Shown: positions 48,108-59,101 of the stretch, piece by piece
Layout: each line of letters opens with the position of its first letter
Numbering within the stretch: position 1 is the first letter of the stretch
Assembly (NCBI GenBank): GCA_949293595.1
Contig: CASFDW010000003.1
Span: 8,685 to 72,684, forward strand
Direction of reading: 5' to 3'
Length of the DNA: 64,000 nucleotides
DNA from: an uncultured Spirochaetales bacterium
Lineage (GTDB): Bacteria; Spirochaetota; Spirochaetia; Sphaerochaetales; Sphaerochaetaceae
Translations under genes and position numbers: made by a program
The notes under the pieces: generated by a model
The model's database searches: none
Told to the model about the DNA's origin: nothing
The model's input: only the letters and a program-made list of their open reading frames with translations

Positions 48108-50021
48108 ATGGGTAAGATTATTGGTATCGATCTCGGCACGACGAACAGCTGTGTCGCGGTCATGGATGGAAACGAGCCGCTTGTCATTGCAAACAGCGAG
48201 GGAGACAGGACCACTCCGTCGGTCGTCGGCTACAAGGGTGCCGACCGCCTTGTCGGAAAGCCCGCAAAGAACCAGATGGTTACAAACCCTGAGAATACGG
48301 TTTACTCCATCAAGAGGTTCATGGGAAGGAAGTTCCGCGAGGTCGGCGAGGAGATCAAGATGGTCCCCTACAAGGTCGTATCCGGTGCGAACGACGAGAT
48401 CAAGGTTTCCGTCAACGGAGAGCTTCTCAGCCCTCCCCAGATAAGCGCCGTGATCCTCCAGAAGATGAAGAAGACAGCCGAGGATTATCTCGGAGAACCC
48501 GTGACCGAAGCGGTCATCACGGTTCCTGCATATTTCAACGACTCGCAGCGCCAGGCCACGAAGGACGCCGGAAAGATAGCCGGACTTGAGGTCAAAAGGA
48601 TTGTGAACGAACCGACGGCGGCGGCTCTTGCCTATGGTTTCGGAAAGGATAAGAGCAAGGATGAGACCATCGCGGTATACGATCTCGGAGGAGGTACCTT
48701 CGATATCTCCATTCTCGAGCTCGGGGACGGTGTGTTCGAGGTCAAGAGCACGAACGGAGACACACACCTTGGAGGAGACAACTTCGACCAGGTCATCATC
48801 GACTGGCTTGTTGCGGATTTCAAGGCCAAGAACGGAATCGACCTCTCCCAGGACAAGATGGCCCTCCAGAGGCTCAAGGAGGCTGCGGAGCAGGCCAAGA
48901 TCACTCTCAGCAGCAGTACCTCGACGACGATCAACCTTCCGTTCATCACGGCGAACGCCGGCGGTGCCCTCCACCTGCAGGCGGATCTGACCAGGGCCAG
49001 ATTCGAGCAGATGATCGCACCCCTCGTGGAGAGGACCAAGACGCCGTGCATCAACGCACTCAGGGATGCCGGTCTTTCCGCAGGCCAGATCGACGAGGTC
49101 ATCCTTGTCGGAGGTTCTTCCCGCATACCCTGTGTCCAGGCAATGGTAAAGGAGCTCTTTGGAAAGGAACCCCATAAGGGCGTCAATCCGGATGAGGTTG
49201 TTGCCATGGGAGCCGCGATCCAGGGTGGAATCCTCAAGGGAGATGTCAAGGACGTTCTTCTTCTTGATGTCACACCGCTTTCTCTCGGAATCGAGACCCT
49301 CGGCGGCGTAACCACCAGGCTCATCGAAAGGAATACGACGATCCCGACCAAGAAGAGCCAGATCTTCAGCACCGCTTCCGACAACCAGACCGCGGTGTCG
49401 ATCCATGTCCTCCAGGGTGAAAGGGAGCTTGCAAGCCAGAACAGGACCCTTGGTACGTTCGATCTCGTCGGAATAGCTCCCGCTCCGCGTGGAATTCCTC
49501 AGATCGAGGTCACGTTCGACATCGATGCCAACGGTATCGTGCACGTTTCCGCAAAGGATCTCGGCACAGGCAAGGAGCAGAAGATCGTGATCCAGTCCTC
49601 CAGCGGACTTTCGGAATCGGAGATCGAGAAGATGGTCAAGGATGCCGAGGCCCATGCGGAAGAGGATAAGAAGGCCCGTGAGGCGATCGAGGCCAGGAAC
49701 ACCGCGGAAAGCGTGGTGTACCAGACGGAGAACGCACTCAAGGAATACGGAGACAAGATCGACGCTTCCGAGAAGAGCGGCATAGAGGCGGCTGTGGCCG
49801 ATCTCAAGAGCGCTCTTTCCAACCAGAGCGCTTCCGCCGAGGAGCTCAAGAGCAAGACCGAAGCGGTGCAGCAGGCTTCCATGAAGCTTGGTCAGAAGAT
49901 CTACGAGCAGGCCCAACAGGCCCAGCAGGCCCAGCCCGGTGCCGATGCATCGGCGGGACAGGCCTCTTCGGGAAAGAAGAACGACGACGGTTCCGTGGAT
50001 GCCGACTTCACCGAAGTCTGA
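48108..50021 (+). CDS. dnaK: molecular chaperone DnaK
   Basis: 637 aa with Hsp70 signatures [22 protein letters not shown] and [11 protein letters not shown]. Confidence 0.98.
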   Translation: MGKIIGIDLGTTNSCVAVMDGNEPLVIANSEGDRTTPSVVGYKGADRLVGKPAKNQMVTNPENTVYSIKRFMGRKFREVGEEIKMVPYKVVSGANDEIKVSVNGELLSPPQISAVILQKMKKTAEDYLGEPVTEAVITVPAYFNDSQRQATKDAGKIAGLEVKRIVNEPTAAALAYGFGKDKSKDETIAVYDLGGGTFDISILELGDGVFEVKSTNGDTHLGGDNFDQVIIDWLVADFKAKNGIDLSQDKMALQRLKEAAEQAKITLSSSTSTTINLPFITANAGGALHLQADLTRARFEQMIAPLVERTKTPCINALRDAGLSAGQIDEVILVGGSSRIPCVQAMVKELFGKEPHKGVNPDEVVAMGAAIQGGILKGDVKDVLLLDVTPLSLGIETLGGVTTRLIERNTTIPTKKSQIFSTASDNQTAVSIHVLQGERELASQNRTLGTFDLVGIAPAPRGIPQIEVTFDIDANGIVHVSAKDLGTGKEQKIVIQSSSGLSESEIEKMVKDAEAHAEEDKKAREAIEARNTAESVVYQTENALKEYGDKIDASEKSGIEAAVADLKSALSNQSASAEELKSKTEAVQQASMKLGQKIYEQAQQAQQAQPGADASAGQASSGKKNDDGSVDADFTEV

Positions 50022-50101
50022 CACATGCCCCTGCGGGGGCATATATATTGTGAGAACAGGGACAGCATGGCAGCATGCTGTTTCTGTCGTTAGGGGATAA
50101 T

Positions 50102-51208
50102 ATGGCAAAGCGTGATTATTATGAAGTCCTTGGGGTTTCAAAAACCGCCACACAGGAGGAGATCAAGAAGGCCTACCGCAAGATAGCCATGGCGAACCAT
50201 CCCGACACGCACCCCAATGACAAGGCGGCGGAAGAGAGGTTCAAGGAGGCCAGCGAGGCGTACGAAATCCTTTCCGATGACAAAAAGAGGAAGAATTACG
50301 ATCAGTTCGGCTTTGCCGGTGTGGACGGACAGGCCGGAGCCGGCGGCTTCAGCAACGTATACAGGGACTTTTCCGATATCTTCGGCGGAGCCGGAGGTTT
50401 TTCGGATATTTTCGAGTCCTTCTTCGGCGGCGGCTCCTCGTCGCGTACCAGAAGCGGTGCCAGGGCCGGATCGTCGCTGAGATATGAGCTGACCATCGAT
50501 TTCAACGAGGCGGTGAATGGTTGCAAGAAGGAGATTTCGTTTGCCCACAAGGTGAAATGCGAGACCTGTTCCGGCACGGGCGGAAGCGGCAGACGGACCT
50601 GTCCCACCTGCGGCGGAAGGGGCCAGGTCGCCCGGGGTTCGGGCTTTTTCCAGGTTGCCTCGACATGTCCCACCTGCGGCGGAAGCGGTACGATCGTGGA
50701 CAATCCATGTGCCGCATGCCATGGCACAGGGACTGTCAGGAAGACGGAGAAACTCATGGTCAACATTCCTGCCGGAGTCGACAACGGGTCCCGTCTCACG
50801 CTCCGTGGCAAGGGGGACGCTGGCGAGAACGGAGGACCGGAAGGCGATCTTGTCATCTTCATAACCGTACGCGAGGACAAGTATTTCGTACGCAACGAGC
50901 AGGACGTGTACCTGCAGGTCCCGGTCTCGTTCGCGCAGGCCGCACTGGGTTGTGATATCTTCGTCCCGACGATCGACGGTACCGAGGTTAAGGTTTCCAT
51001 ACCTTCCGGCACCCAGTCTGGAAAGATACTGCGCCTCAAGGGGAAGGGCTTCCCTTATATCAATTCCTCCTCCCGAGGAAACATGTATCTTAAGATTTCG
51101 GTGGACATACCGAAGCATCTTTCCCTGAAGGCGAGGAAGATCATAAAGGATCTGCAGGTGGAGCTTGCCGATTCCGACCATCCATCCCCCGTGGAATACG
51201 AGGAATGA
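50102..51208 (+). CDS. dnaJ: molecular chaperone DnaJ
   Basis: 368 aa from the ATG at 50102 ([12 protein letters not shown]). J-domain HPD motif, Gly/Phe region and four CxxCxGxG repeats. Confidence 0.96.
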   Translation: MAKRDYYEVLGVSKTATQEEIKKAYRKIAMANHPDTHPNDKAAEERFKEASEAYEILSDDKKRKNYDQFGFAGVDGQAGAGGFSNVYRDFSDIFGGAGGFSDIFESFFGGGSSSRTRSGARAGSSLRYELTIDFNEAVNGCKKEISFAHKVKCETCSGTGGSGRRTCPTCGGRGQVARGSGFFQVASTCPTCGGSGTIVDNPCAACHGTGTVRKTEKLMVNIPAGVDNGSRLTLRGKGDAGENGGPEGDLVIFITVREDKYFVRNEQDVYLQVPVSFAQAALGCDIFVPTIDGTEVKVSIPSGTQSGKILRLKGKGFPYINSSSRGNMYLKISVDIPKHLSLKARKIIKDLQVELADSDHPSPVEYEE

Positions 51209-51214
51209 TGCAAC

Positions 51215-51247
51215 TGCCATCCGGCCATGCCGGGTGGCATTGTTTTT
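51215..51247 (+). terminator. intrinsic terminator after dnaJ
   Basis: 10-bp stem TGCCATCCGG/CCGGGTGGCA with loop CCATG, followed by TTGTTTTT. Confidence 0.8.
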
Positions 51248-51305
51248 GTCCATGTGCCATGCTGTCTTGACCAAACCTCGAATAACAAATAACTTTTCCA
51301 TTGTT

Positions 51306-52049
51306 ATGGGTGAAAGGATTTACGGCTATCATGCCATTGAGGAAGGATTGAAGAAGGCCTTCGCAGGCTCCACGCTTTATCTTGTGCGGAACGGCGGGGA
51401 GAAGCTGTCCAGATTGGAGTTTGCGGCCCGGTGCACGGGAAAGGTGGCCGTCAAGAAGGTTTCGAGGGACGAGCTCGACCGTATGGCCCCCGGAATGGAC
51501 CACAGGGGGGCGCTCCTTGATCTCGGAGGCCCCAGGAAAGGTGCCTCAAGGCTGAAGGAGGTCTCCGTCGAGGAATTTCTGTCGTCCCTTTCCGATGACG
51601 ATGGTGCGCTTGTCCTTGTGCTTGACGGCATAACGGATCCACATAATCTTGGCGCCATACTCAGGTCGGCGGACCAGTTCGGTGTGGATCTAGTCATCAT
51701 ACCGGAGCGCAGGAGCGTCCAGGCCAACGAGACCGTTGTCAAGGTGTCCAGCGGAGCCGCCCAATATGTCACGCTCAGCGTGGTCACCAACATCTCCCGC
51801 GAGATTGAAAGACTGAAAGCCTCCGGGTTCTGGGTGTATGCCGCAGATATGAACGGCAGTCCGAGCTATGGTATGAATTTCGACAGGCGGTCGGTGATCG
51901 TGATGGGAAGCGAGGGCTCCGGCATCTCTTCCCTTGTCAGGAAGAACTGCGATTATGTGGTGTCCATCCCCATGCGCGGGCACATCGACAGTCTGAACGT
52001 GTCCGTCGCCGCCGGAATACTCATGTACGAATTCAGGAAGAGTCACTGA
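51306..52049 (+). CDS. rlmB: TrmH/SpoU family 23S rRNA 2'-O-methyltransferase (RlmB-like)
   Basis: 247 aa from the ATG at 51306 (MGERIYGYHAIEEGL). SpoU C-terminal motifs: DGITDPHNLGAILRSA, VMGSEGSGIS and IPMRGHIDSLNVSVAAGI. Confidence 0.85.
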   Translation: MGERIYGYHAIEEGLKKAFAGSTLYLVRNGGEKLSRLEFAARCTGKVAVKKVSRDELDRMAPGMDHRGALLDLGGPRKGASRLKEVSVEEFLSSLSDDDGALVLVLDGITDPHNLGAILRSADQFGVDLVIIPERRSVQANETVVKVSSGAAQYVTLSVVTNISREIERLKASGFWVYAADMNGSPSYGMNFDRRSVIVMGSEGSGISSLVRKNCDYVVSIPMRGHIDSLNVSVAAGILMYEFRKSH

Positions 52050-53302
52050 AAGAATTTGTTGCCTATATCCTCTCGGTACCAGCCGCCTTCGAGCCTGAGG
52101 CTTGAGATGGCCGCATATGCGCTGGCATTTGCCTCCTGCAGGCTCTTGCCGCGCCCGACGATGGTTATGGTTCTTCCGCCGGTTGTCGACGGATAGCCTT
52201 CAGGTCCGTCCACGGCTCCGCAGAACATCACTGCCCGGCCGCACATGTTGGCCCTTTTCAAGGCGGTCATGCCCTCGACGGGGCGTCCTGTGACGGTCGA
52301 GAGCGGATATCCTTCGCTTGCGAGCACCACCGCGACGGTGAAATCGTCGTTCGCCTCTATCTTCATGTCCATTATCCTGTCCTCGGACATGGCTTCCAGT
52401 ATGTCGAGCAGGTCGGTCTTCATCAACGGGACGAATGCCTGCGCGGCAGGATCGTTGAAACGAACATGGTAGTCCACAAGTACCGGCTCGTCGTCCTCGC
52501 GTACGATAATGCTGAGCGTCAGCACCCCTCTGTATGAAAGCTGTTCCACCTTCATTCCGTAAAGTGTCGGATGTATGACCTTCTCCCTTATCGCGTTCCT
52601 GATCCTGTCGGGAATTGGAACGGGGCAGATCGCACCCATGCCTCCGGTGGGAGTGTTGTCATCCTTCATCCTGTTTGTGTATTCACTGACGATCGGAAGC
52701 GAAATGTAGCCCTTGTTGTCAAGCAGTATGGTTGCGGTGATGGGGGTTCCCGGAACATATTCCTCCAGCAGCACGGGTCCTTTTTCCAGAAGATGGTTCG
52801 CATATCTTATCAATGCTCCGGTATCCGTCGAATGCAGCGTTTCCCTGGAGGGGCTGATATTGTTGCTTTTCACTATGAATTCGGTTCCCTGGTGCCTGCT
52901 GAGATATTTCTCCAGCTGGTCAGGGTCTGCAAAGAAGCTCCTCCGCGGTGTCGGGATGTTGTGCCTGTCGGTGAAATCCCGGCTGAAAGCCTTGTCGTCC
53001 TCGAGCTTGATTGCTTTTGAGGGAGCTCCGAAGGTGGAGACGCCCTTTGACGTGAGATAGCCTATGACGCCTGTGAGGAGGGGGGCTTCCGTACCGACGA
53101 AGACCAGGTCGATGTCATGGTCGAGGCATGCCTGATAGACCTGTTCGGCGTTCGACGGGTCGACCTCGGAAAGTTTTGTCGCAATATCTGATGTGCAGTA
53201 GTTGCCTGGCGCCACGAACAGGCCTGAAATCGTGCGGCTTTTGCTGAGCCACCATGTCATCGCATGGTCCTTGGCTCCGGATCCGAGTACTAGAACACGC
53301 AT
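52043..53302 (-). CDS. purD: phosphoribosylamine-glycine ligase
   Basis: 419 aa from the ATG at 53302 (MRVLVLGSGAKDHAM), with a GAGGAGGAA RBS. ATP-grasp fold. The 3' end overlaps rlmB by 7 nt. Confidence 0.93.
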   Translation of the reverse strand: MRVLVLGSGAKDHAMTWWLSKSRTISGLFVAPGNYCTSDIATKLSEVDPSNAEQVYQACLDHDIDLVFVGTEAPLLTGVIGYLTSKGVSTFGAPSKAIKLEDDKAFSRDFTDRHNIPTPRRSFFADPDQLEKYLSRHQGTEFIVKSNNISPSRETLHSTDTGALIRYANHLLEKGPVLLEEYVPGTPITATILLDNKGYISLPIVSEYTNRMKDDNTPTGGMGAICPVPIPDRIRNAIREKVIHPTLYGMKVEQLSYRGVLTLSIIVREDDEPVLVDYHVRFNDPAAQAFVPLMKTDLLDILEAMSEDRIMDMKIEANDDFTVAVVLASEGYPLSTVTGRPVEGMTALKRANMCGRAVMFCGAVDGPEGYPSTTGGRTITIVGRGKSLQEANASAYAAISSLRLEGGWYREDIGNKFFQ

Positions 53303-53381
53303 TTTTCCTCCTCTAAAACTAACGCTATCATAGTGAAAATCACAATTCAAGGAAAAATTTGATGGATTTCAATGCTCGTTT

Positions 53382-54323
53382 TCATAGCAGCGAGAGCAGG
53401 ATCTTCCTGTATTCGCCGACTGTAGCTGCCGTCGCTATCCCCTGCTTTGCCTTAGCGCCTCCGTGCAGGCCTTTCAGATATGCCAGCACATGTTTCCTCA
53501 TTTCCCTGCAGGCGACATCCTCTCCATAGTATTGCGCGGCGAATTCAAGATGCCTCAAGGCCGTTTCGATCTTTTCCTCAAGGGAAATCCCGGTATAACA
53601 TCCTTTTTCAAGCAGTTCCCTGGTCTGTCTGAATATGAACGGGTTGCCTATCGCGCCACGTGCGAACATCACGCCGTCCGCCCCGTATGTGTCGATGTAT
53701 GAAAGGGCATCGAAAGGGGAGAACACATCTCCGGAGGCGTACAGGAGCGGGCTTGACAGGCTGTTCTTCGGATAGCGTTCCCTCAGTGCCGCGAAATGTT
53801 CCTTCCTTGCCGTTCCGCTGTAGCCTTGTGCCCTTGTGCGCGTATGCAGCGTCAGGGCGTCGGCACCCGCCTGCACGCATGCATCCGCATATTCGAGATA
53901 GTTCATGGAGCCTTCGTCCCAGCCCAGCCTGAATTTCACCGATACGGATGCGCATGTGCCGCTTTTCAGCAGCTTCACCATCCTGTATATCCTTTCCGGA
54001 TCCTTCATCATCGCCGAGCCCGCCCCGGTCTTGACCACCTTCGGCACAGGGCATCCCGAATTGATGTCTATGAAGCGGGCGTTCCTTACCGCGGGATTGT
54101 CCATGCATCTTCCTATGGGGTCCTCGTCCGGTGCGAAAAGCTGTATGACCAGGTTCTCCTGTTCCCCGTATTTCTCCAGCAGCGCCTCGGTCTTGGCGCT
54201 TTTCCGTGCGAGCCCTTCGGCGCTCACCATCTCCGTGACCGTCTTGTCCGCACCGTTTTCCACAGCTATGCGTCTGAATGCCTTGTCCGTATAACCCGCA
54301 AGCGGGGCCAGAATGAGTTCCAT
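53382..54323 (-). CDS. tRNA-dihydrouridine synthase
   Basis: 313 aa from the ATG at 54323 (MELILAPLAGYTDKAFRRIAVENGAD). FMN-binding TIM barrel with the INSGCPVPKV catalytic Cys motif. Confidence 0.9.
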   Translation of the reverse strand: MELILAPLAGYTDKAFRRIAVENGADKTVTEMVSAEGLARKSAKTEALLEKYGEQENLVIQLFAPDEDPIGRCMDNPAVRNARFIDINSGCPVPKVVKTGAGSAMMKDPERIYRMVKLLKSGTCASVSVKFRLGWDEGSMNYLEYADACVQAGADALTLHTRTRAQGYSGTARKEHFAALRERYPKNSLSSPLLYASGDVFSPFDALSYIDTYGADGVMFARGAIGNPFIFRQTRELLEKGCYTGISLEEKIETALRHLEFAAQYYGEDVACREMRKHVLAYLKGLHGGAKAKQGIATAATVGEYRKILLSLL

Positions 54324-54414
54324 AGCCTGTAGATTACATGTTGATCCTCCATCTGTCCATATATTTATTTCCTTGCTCCACTTGCTTATTTGACCCTTGC
54401 ATGGTAAGTTCAGA

Positions 54415-55428
54415 ATGATGAACAAAAGAATAAGCAAGGCCGAACAGGCCTATGTATATGTGATAAAGAATCCCAGCTACAACGATGTTTGCGTCGCGGC
54501 CTGGGACAGCGTGATATATCCGGGAACAGCCGTGGTCTATGACACACGGTTCGGGCTCGATCTCGGAATCGTTGTCGGGAACGCTCCCAAGGCCGGCCGT
54601 GTGTATGAGCCCGGATCCGGAGAGGTCAGGGGGGCGTGCCTTCATTTCGGAGTGGTCGGTGAGGATGTGGACGATCCTGCGGCGCACCAGTGCGAATATT
54701 GCGGCGGATGCAGGATCACGAAGGATCCGGAACCTGTCGAGGTGGACGGCGATGTTGCGTTCATAGACCATCTTGCCACTCCTGCGGAAATGGGCAGGTA
54801 TGAGGAGAATTCGGCGAAGGAGGAGGATGCCTTGCGCGTATGCAGGGAGAAGGTTCTGAAGCACAAGCTCAACATGAAGCTTGTCACCGCCCACTTCCTT
54901 CTTGGGGAGCCAAAGGTCATTTTCTTTTTCACCGCAGAGGAGCGTGTCGACTTCAGGGATCTCGTGAAGGACCTCGTTTCCGTGTTCAGGATGCGGATCG
55001 AGCTCAGGCAGATAGGGGTGAGGGACGAATCCAGGCTCATCGGCGGACTTTCCGTTTGCGGTCGGGATTACTGCTGCCACTGCATCACAAGCCAGCTGGA
55101 TCCCGTCACAATCAAGATGGCCAAGGAGCAGAACCTGTCGCTCAACAGCATGAAGATATCGGGCCCGTGCGGCAGGCTGCTGTGCTGTCTGGCGTATGAA
55201 TACGACTATTATGTCGAGGAGAAGGCAGGTTGTCCGCCGGAAGGCACCCGCCTCAAGATAGGGCATGACCTCTGGAAGGTCACGGAAGTCAACATATTGT
55301 CCAGAAAACTCACCATCCAGGCCAACGAGGGCCGTACGATGTACATTCCCTCGGAGGAGGTGTATTACAACAATGATACGGGATATTGGGAGGTGAGCGA
55401 GGATTTTCAGGAGGAGTTTTTGCAGTAG
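54415..55428 (+). CDS. PSP1 domain protein (RicT/YaaT-like)
   Basis: C-terminal PSP1 region with a Cys cluster (SVCGRDYCCHCITS...GPCGRLLCCLAYEY). The start is uncertain: TTG at 54397, ATG at 54415 or ATG at 54418. Confidence 0.8.
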   Translation: MMNKRISKAEQAYVYVIKNPSYNDVCVAAWDSVIYPGTAVVYDTRFGLDLGIVVGNAPKAGRVYEPGSGEVRGACLHFGVVGEDVDDPAAHQCEYCGGCRITKDPEPVEVDGDVAFIDHLATPAEMGRYEENSAKEEDALRVCREKVLKHKLNMKLVTAHFLLGEPKVIFFFTAEERVDFRDLVKDLVSVFRMRIELRQIGVRDESRLIGGLSVCGRDYCCHCITSQLDPVTIKMAKEQNLSLNSMKISGPCGRLLCCLAYEYDYYVEEKAGCPPEGTRLKIGHDLWKVTEVNILSRKLTIQANEGRTMYIPSEEVYYNNDTGYWEVSEDFQEEFLQ

Positions 55429-55584
55429 GGTGCTTATACCGTGCTGTAATCCTTTTCCTCATAGAAACTTAATATTCCCATATTGACCCTATCGTTTTAT
55501 TATGGTAAGTTGTTTAACGCTGTCGGGATTCGAATGCCCGGCATGTAGTCTTTAAATTGGAAAATCTATCTTGGAGGAAATAAA

Positions 55585-55845
55585 GTGGCTAAGAAATCCG
55601 CTCAGAGAAGTGAACGCAGAAACCAGGTCCGCAGGATGCTCAACCGCGCCGCAAAAAGCAAGGTGAGGACATCCATCAAGAAGTTTGATGAGGCTCTCAA
55701 GGCAAACGACAAGAGTGCGGCGGAAGTTGCAATGAAGGAAAGCTTCAAACTTCTTGACAGTGCAGTCAACAAGAATGTCATGCACCGCAACACGGTCGAC
55801 AGGAAGAAAAGCAGAATGGCTCACGCTTTTAACAAGCTTGCTTGA
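55585..55845 (+). CDS. rpsT: 30S ribosomal protein S20
   Basis: 86 aa with a GTG start 6 nt after a GGAGGA RBS; AKKSAQRSERRNQVRRMLNRAAKSKVRT. Confidence 0.93.
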   Translation: MAKKSAQRSERRNQVRRMLNRAAKSKVRTSIKKFDEALKANDKSAAEVAMKESFKLLDSAVNKNVMHRNTVDRKKSRMAHAFNKLA

Positions 55846-55869
55846 TTATTTTTTTGATGGTGGTAAAAG

Positions 55870-56196
55870 ATGGAAGAGAAACTTACTAAAGCGACTATCA
55901 TCGAAAACCTTCATAACAAGCTTGGATTGAACAGAACGGAAATACATACTGTTATCGATGAGCTTTTTGAAGAAATCAAGGATGGTCTCAAAGAGGACAG
56001 GGTCATAGAACTCCGCGGCTTTGGCACTTTCGAGGTCAGGACCAGGAAGGGCAGGGAGAAGGCCAGGAATCCGAAGACGGGAGAGGTTGTCGCCGTCGAC
56101 AGACACGGTGTGGCCATATTCCGCCCTGGCAAGGAGCTGAAGGAATTCGTCTGGGATATCCGAACATCCAAACCTGAAGAGGCGGATGAGGAGTAG
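55870..56196 (+). CDS. HU/IHF family DNA-binding protein (Hbb-like)
   Basis: 108 aa with the HU fold signature ELRGFGTFEVRTRKGREKARNPKTGEVV..FRPGKELK and an acidic C-terminal tail. Adjacent to rpsT. Confidence 0.88.
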   Translation: MEEKLTKATIIENLHNKLGLNRTEIHTVIDELFEEIKDGLKEDRVIELRGFGTFEVRTRKGREKARNPKTGEVVAVDRHGVAIFRPGKELKEFVWDIRTSKPEEADEE

Positions 56197-56210
56197 GACG
56201 GGAGACTGGT

Positions 56211-57863
56211 TTGAAAACTTTGGAAAAAAGAAGCCTCAGAACTGTTTGTTCTGAGGTTTTTATATTACTTGCAACATCGTTTGTTTATTCTTTGGCCTTT
56301 CCCGGCTTCGTTTTCGAGAACGGCATAGGGGTGGTGGCGCTTGTCGCCCTGATACCCGTTTTCATGGTGGTGAGGAACACGAGCTGGAAGCTGATAGCCC
56401 CATACGGGTTTTTCTTCGGCTTCATGTTCTATATCTTCTTCAATTACTGGCTGACCACGTTCCATCCGCTTGCGATCCTCATCGTTCCGATCATCAAGGG
56501 TGGGGAGATGCTGTTCCTGTTCCCGGCGCTGAAGGCGGCGGACACGTTCTTCAAAAAGAAGGGATATGTCCTGCAGGCTGTCATATGGGTTGCCTATGCA
56601 TATCTGTCCGAATCCTGGTTCGCAGGATATCCCTACGGAACGATATGCTATGCTTTCTACAGCTACATGCCACTGATACAGATTGTGGACATAACAGGAA
56701 TATGGGGGCTCATATTCCTGATGGTCCTTCCCCAGGCATTCGTCGGAAACTATCTTTCGGACCTCGTGTACTCCGGACAAAAAGGGTTTGCCCGCTATCT
56801 CAGGGCCAATATCGCGGAGATTGTCATTTATGCCGTCCTTGTAATATTGTCCGTCATATATGGTTTTGTAAGCCTCTCCTATTGGACAAACAGGGAACCC
56901 GACCGCTATTGGCGTGTGGCCACGGTCCAGCACAACCATGATTCCTGGAAGGGCGGGGTGGATACCTATCGGAAGAATTTCAACAATCTGAGGCGGTATA
57001 CGCTGGAGGCGATAAAGGAGGATCCTGACATCGTAATCTGGAGCGAGACGGCTTTCGTCCCCTCGATCGACTGGAACAGCATGTACAGCTATGAGGACAA
57101 CCAGGAGATGAGGGCCCTGGTGTTCGAGTTCATGGATTTCGCGGAGGGCCTTTCCGTACCCCTGCTCACCGGCAATGCCGACGGGGAGCCGATCGATCCG
57201 GACCAGGGTCCGCTGCTTGAGGACGGCAGCCTGAACCGCAAGGATTACAACGCGGTTGTGCTTTTCGAGGACGGAGGAATAAAGGACAAATACCGCAAGC
57301 AGCACCTTGTCCCCTTCACCGAGCATTTCCCGTATGAAAAGCAGCTCCCGTGGCTCTACAACATCCTGCTTGCCAACGACTACAACTGGTGGGAGTATGG
57401 TACGGAGGAGCTCGTGTTCGAATCCGACGGTGTGCGTTTCAGCACCCCGATCTGTTTCGAGGATGTTTTCGGATACCTGCCTGCCGGATTTGTCGCAAAC
57501 GGTGCCGATGTCATTGTCAACATGACGAACGACAACTGGAGCAAGAGCGAGGCCGCCGAACGCCAGCACGCCTATATCGCTGTATTCAGAAGCATAGAGA
57601 CGAGGAAGTCCACGATAAGGGGGACGAACAGCGGCATCACATGCCTGATCACCCCCGACGGAAGGATGCACGACGAGATGAAGCCTTTCTCCATGGGGTA
57701 CAATGTCTACGATGTCCCCGTGTACACCCACGGGACATATGGGGACACGTTCTATGTCGGACATGTCGATGTCTTCGCGTATGCCGCGATATGCCTGTCG
57801 GCCGCATTCCTGATTTTGGGTGCGGTGTTGAAGGCTTTGTCCTTCCTTAGGAGGAGCAGATGA
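56211..57863 (+). CDS. lnt: apolipoprotein N-acyltransferase
   Basis: 550 aa with a multi-TM N-terminal half and a CN-hydrolase domain carrying the catalytic Cys context PICFEDVF. TTG start. Confidence 0.88.
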   Translation: MKTLEKRSLRTVCSEVFILLATSFVYSLAFPGFVFENGIGVVALVALIPVFMVVRNTSWKLIAPYGFFFGFMFYIFFNYWLTTFHPLAILIVPIIKGGEMLFLFPALKAADTFFKKKGYVLQAVIWVAYAYLSESWFAGYPYGTICYAFYSYMPLIQIVDITGIWGLIFLMVLPQAFVGNYLSDLVYSGQKGFARYLRANIAEIVIYAVLVILSVIYGFVSLSYWTNREPDRYWRVATVQHNHDSWKGGVDTYRKNFNNLRRYTLEAIKEDPDIVIWSETAFVPSIDWNSMYSYEDNQEMRALVFEFMDFAEGLSVPLLTGNADGEPIDPDQGPLLEDGSLNRKDYNAVVLFEDGGIKDKYRKQHLVPFTEHFPYEKQLPWLYNILLANDYNWWEYGTEELVFESDGVRFSTPICFEDVFGYLPAGFVANGADVIVNMTNDNWSKSEAAERQHAYIAVFRSIETRKSTIRGTNSGITCLITPDGRMHDEMKPFSMGYNVYDVPVYTHGTYGDTFYVGHVDVFAYAAICLSAAFLILGAVLKALSFLRRSR

Positions 57864-59101
57864 GCACGGCATCCCTCATTGTGATCGGAAGCGAGCTCAC
57901 CCGCGGCATAATACAGGACCGTCACGGCCTCCTCGTATCAAGGGAGCTCACCCATATCGGGGTCCATGTGAACGAGATCGTGGCCATCCCCGATGATGGC
58001 TCCATATCCCATGTGCTTTCCGCTCTGAAGAAGAACAACAGCATCGTGATAGTCACCGGCGGCCTCGGGCCAACAGGTGACGACATGACGCGCAACGCCA
58101 TTGCTGAAAGCTATGGCGTGCCGCTTGTCATGGACGAAGGATGCATGGCTTTTCTGAAGGACAGGCTCGGAGAGCGTGCGTCTGGTGCAAACCTCAAGCA
58201 GGCCTACATACCGCGCGGCTTTTCTGTCATGCCAAATCCCAACGGTACCGCCCCTGGTTTCTACGGTACCGACGGCAGGACCCTGATACTTGCCCTTCCT
58301 GGACCTCCGCGGGAGATGGAGCCCATGTTCTTCAATCATGCGCTTCCCGTTATAAGGAAGGCTCTGGAGCTTCCGGAAGGGGAGCGGGATGAGTATTCGT
58401 CGTTCATAACGGCCGAGGCGAGGCTGGAGGAGCTGATGGAGAAGTGTGGCCCGGGGCTTGACTGGGGCACGAGGTTCCAGGACTACAAGATAAGCGTCTA
58501 TGTGTCGGGAGCCGACAGGAATGCAAGGAACGAGGCCGTATCCAGACTTCAGACGGAGGTCGGTCCGTTCCGGCTTGTCCCTGGCTGCCTCGATGCGTTG
58601 GACATGCTTGTCGAAAGGCTCAAGGGGAAGAATCTCTCCTTGTCGGTCGCGGAGTCATGCTCGGGCGGGCTTGCCAGCGAGCGCCTTACATCCCGGCCCG
58701 GAGCGAGCACCTATTTTCTCGGCGGCGTGGTAAGCTACGCCCCGTCCGTGAAGATTGATGTGCTGAATGTCGCCAGAGCCGTCGTGGAGGAACACGGAGT
58801 TGTCTCGGCACAGTGTGCCAGGGCCATGGCCGACGGAGTGCGTTCGGCCTGCGCGTCCGACGTCTCGTTCTCGATAACCGGCGTGGCCGGTCCCGATGTG
58901 TCGGAGGGAAAGCCCGTGGGAACGGTCTATCTGGGCTTTTCGTCCGCTTTCAGACAGACGGAGTCTGTTATGCTGGACTTCTCGTCATGGGGCAGGGATT
59001 CCATAAGGCGGAAGGCCGTCGTCGCCGCATTCATACTGACAGCCTGCTATATCGACGGCCTTGATCCCAAAGAAATCGTGAAGGAATGGAGGAACATATG
59101 A
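57860..59101 (+). CDS. cinA: CinA family protein (nicotinamide-nucleotide amidohydrolase PncC type)
   Basis: 413 aa with an N-terminal MoCF-biosynthesis-like domain (LIVIGSELTRGIIQDRHG, VTGGLGPTGDDMT) and a C-terminal CinA/PncC domain (ESCSGGL). Confidence 0.88.
   Translation: MSTASLIVIGSELTRGIIQDRHGLLVSRELTHIGVHVNEIVAIPDDGSISHVLSALKKNNSIVIVTGGLGPTGDDMTRNAIAESYGVPLVMDEGCMAFLKDRLGERASGANLKQAYIPRGFSVMPNPNGTAPGFYGTDGRTLILALPGPPREMEPMFFNHALPVIRKALELPEGERDEYSSFITAEARLEELMEKCGPGLDWGTRFQDYKISVYVSGADRNARNEAVSRLQTEVGPFRLVPGCLDALDMLVERLKGKNLSLSVAESCSGGLASERLTSRPGASTYFLGGVVSYAPSVKIDVLNVARAVVEEHGVVSAQCARAMADGVRSACASDVSFSITGVAGPDVSEGKPVGTVYLGFSSAFRQTESVMLDFSSWGRDSIRRKAVVAAFILTACYIDGLDPKEIVKEWRNI

Noticed and set aside
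48042-50153. 703-aa ORF antisense to dnaK.
   Set aside because: Same artefact as above. The stop-free frame opposite hsp70 genes is a well-known consequence of codon usage. No RBS, no motif, and it spans the dnaK-dnaJ spacer only by chance.
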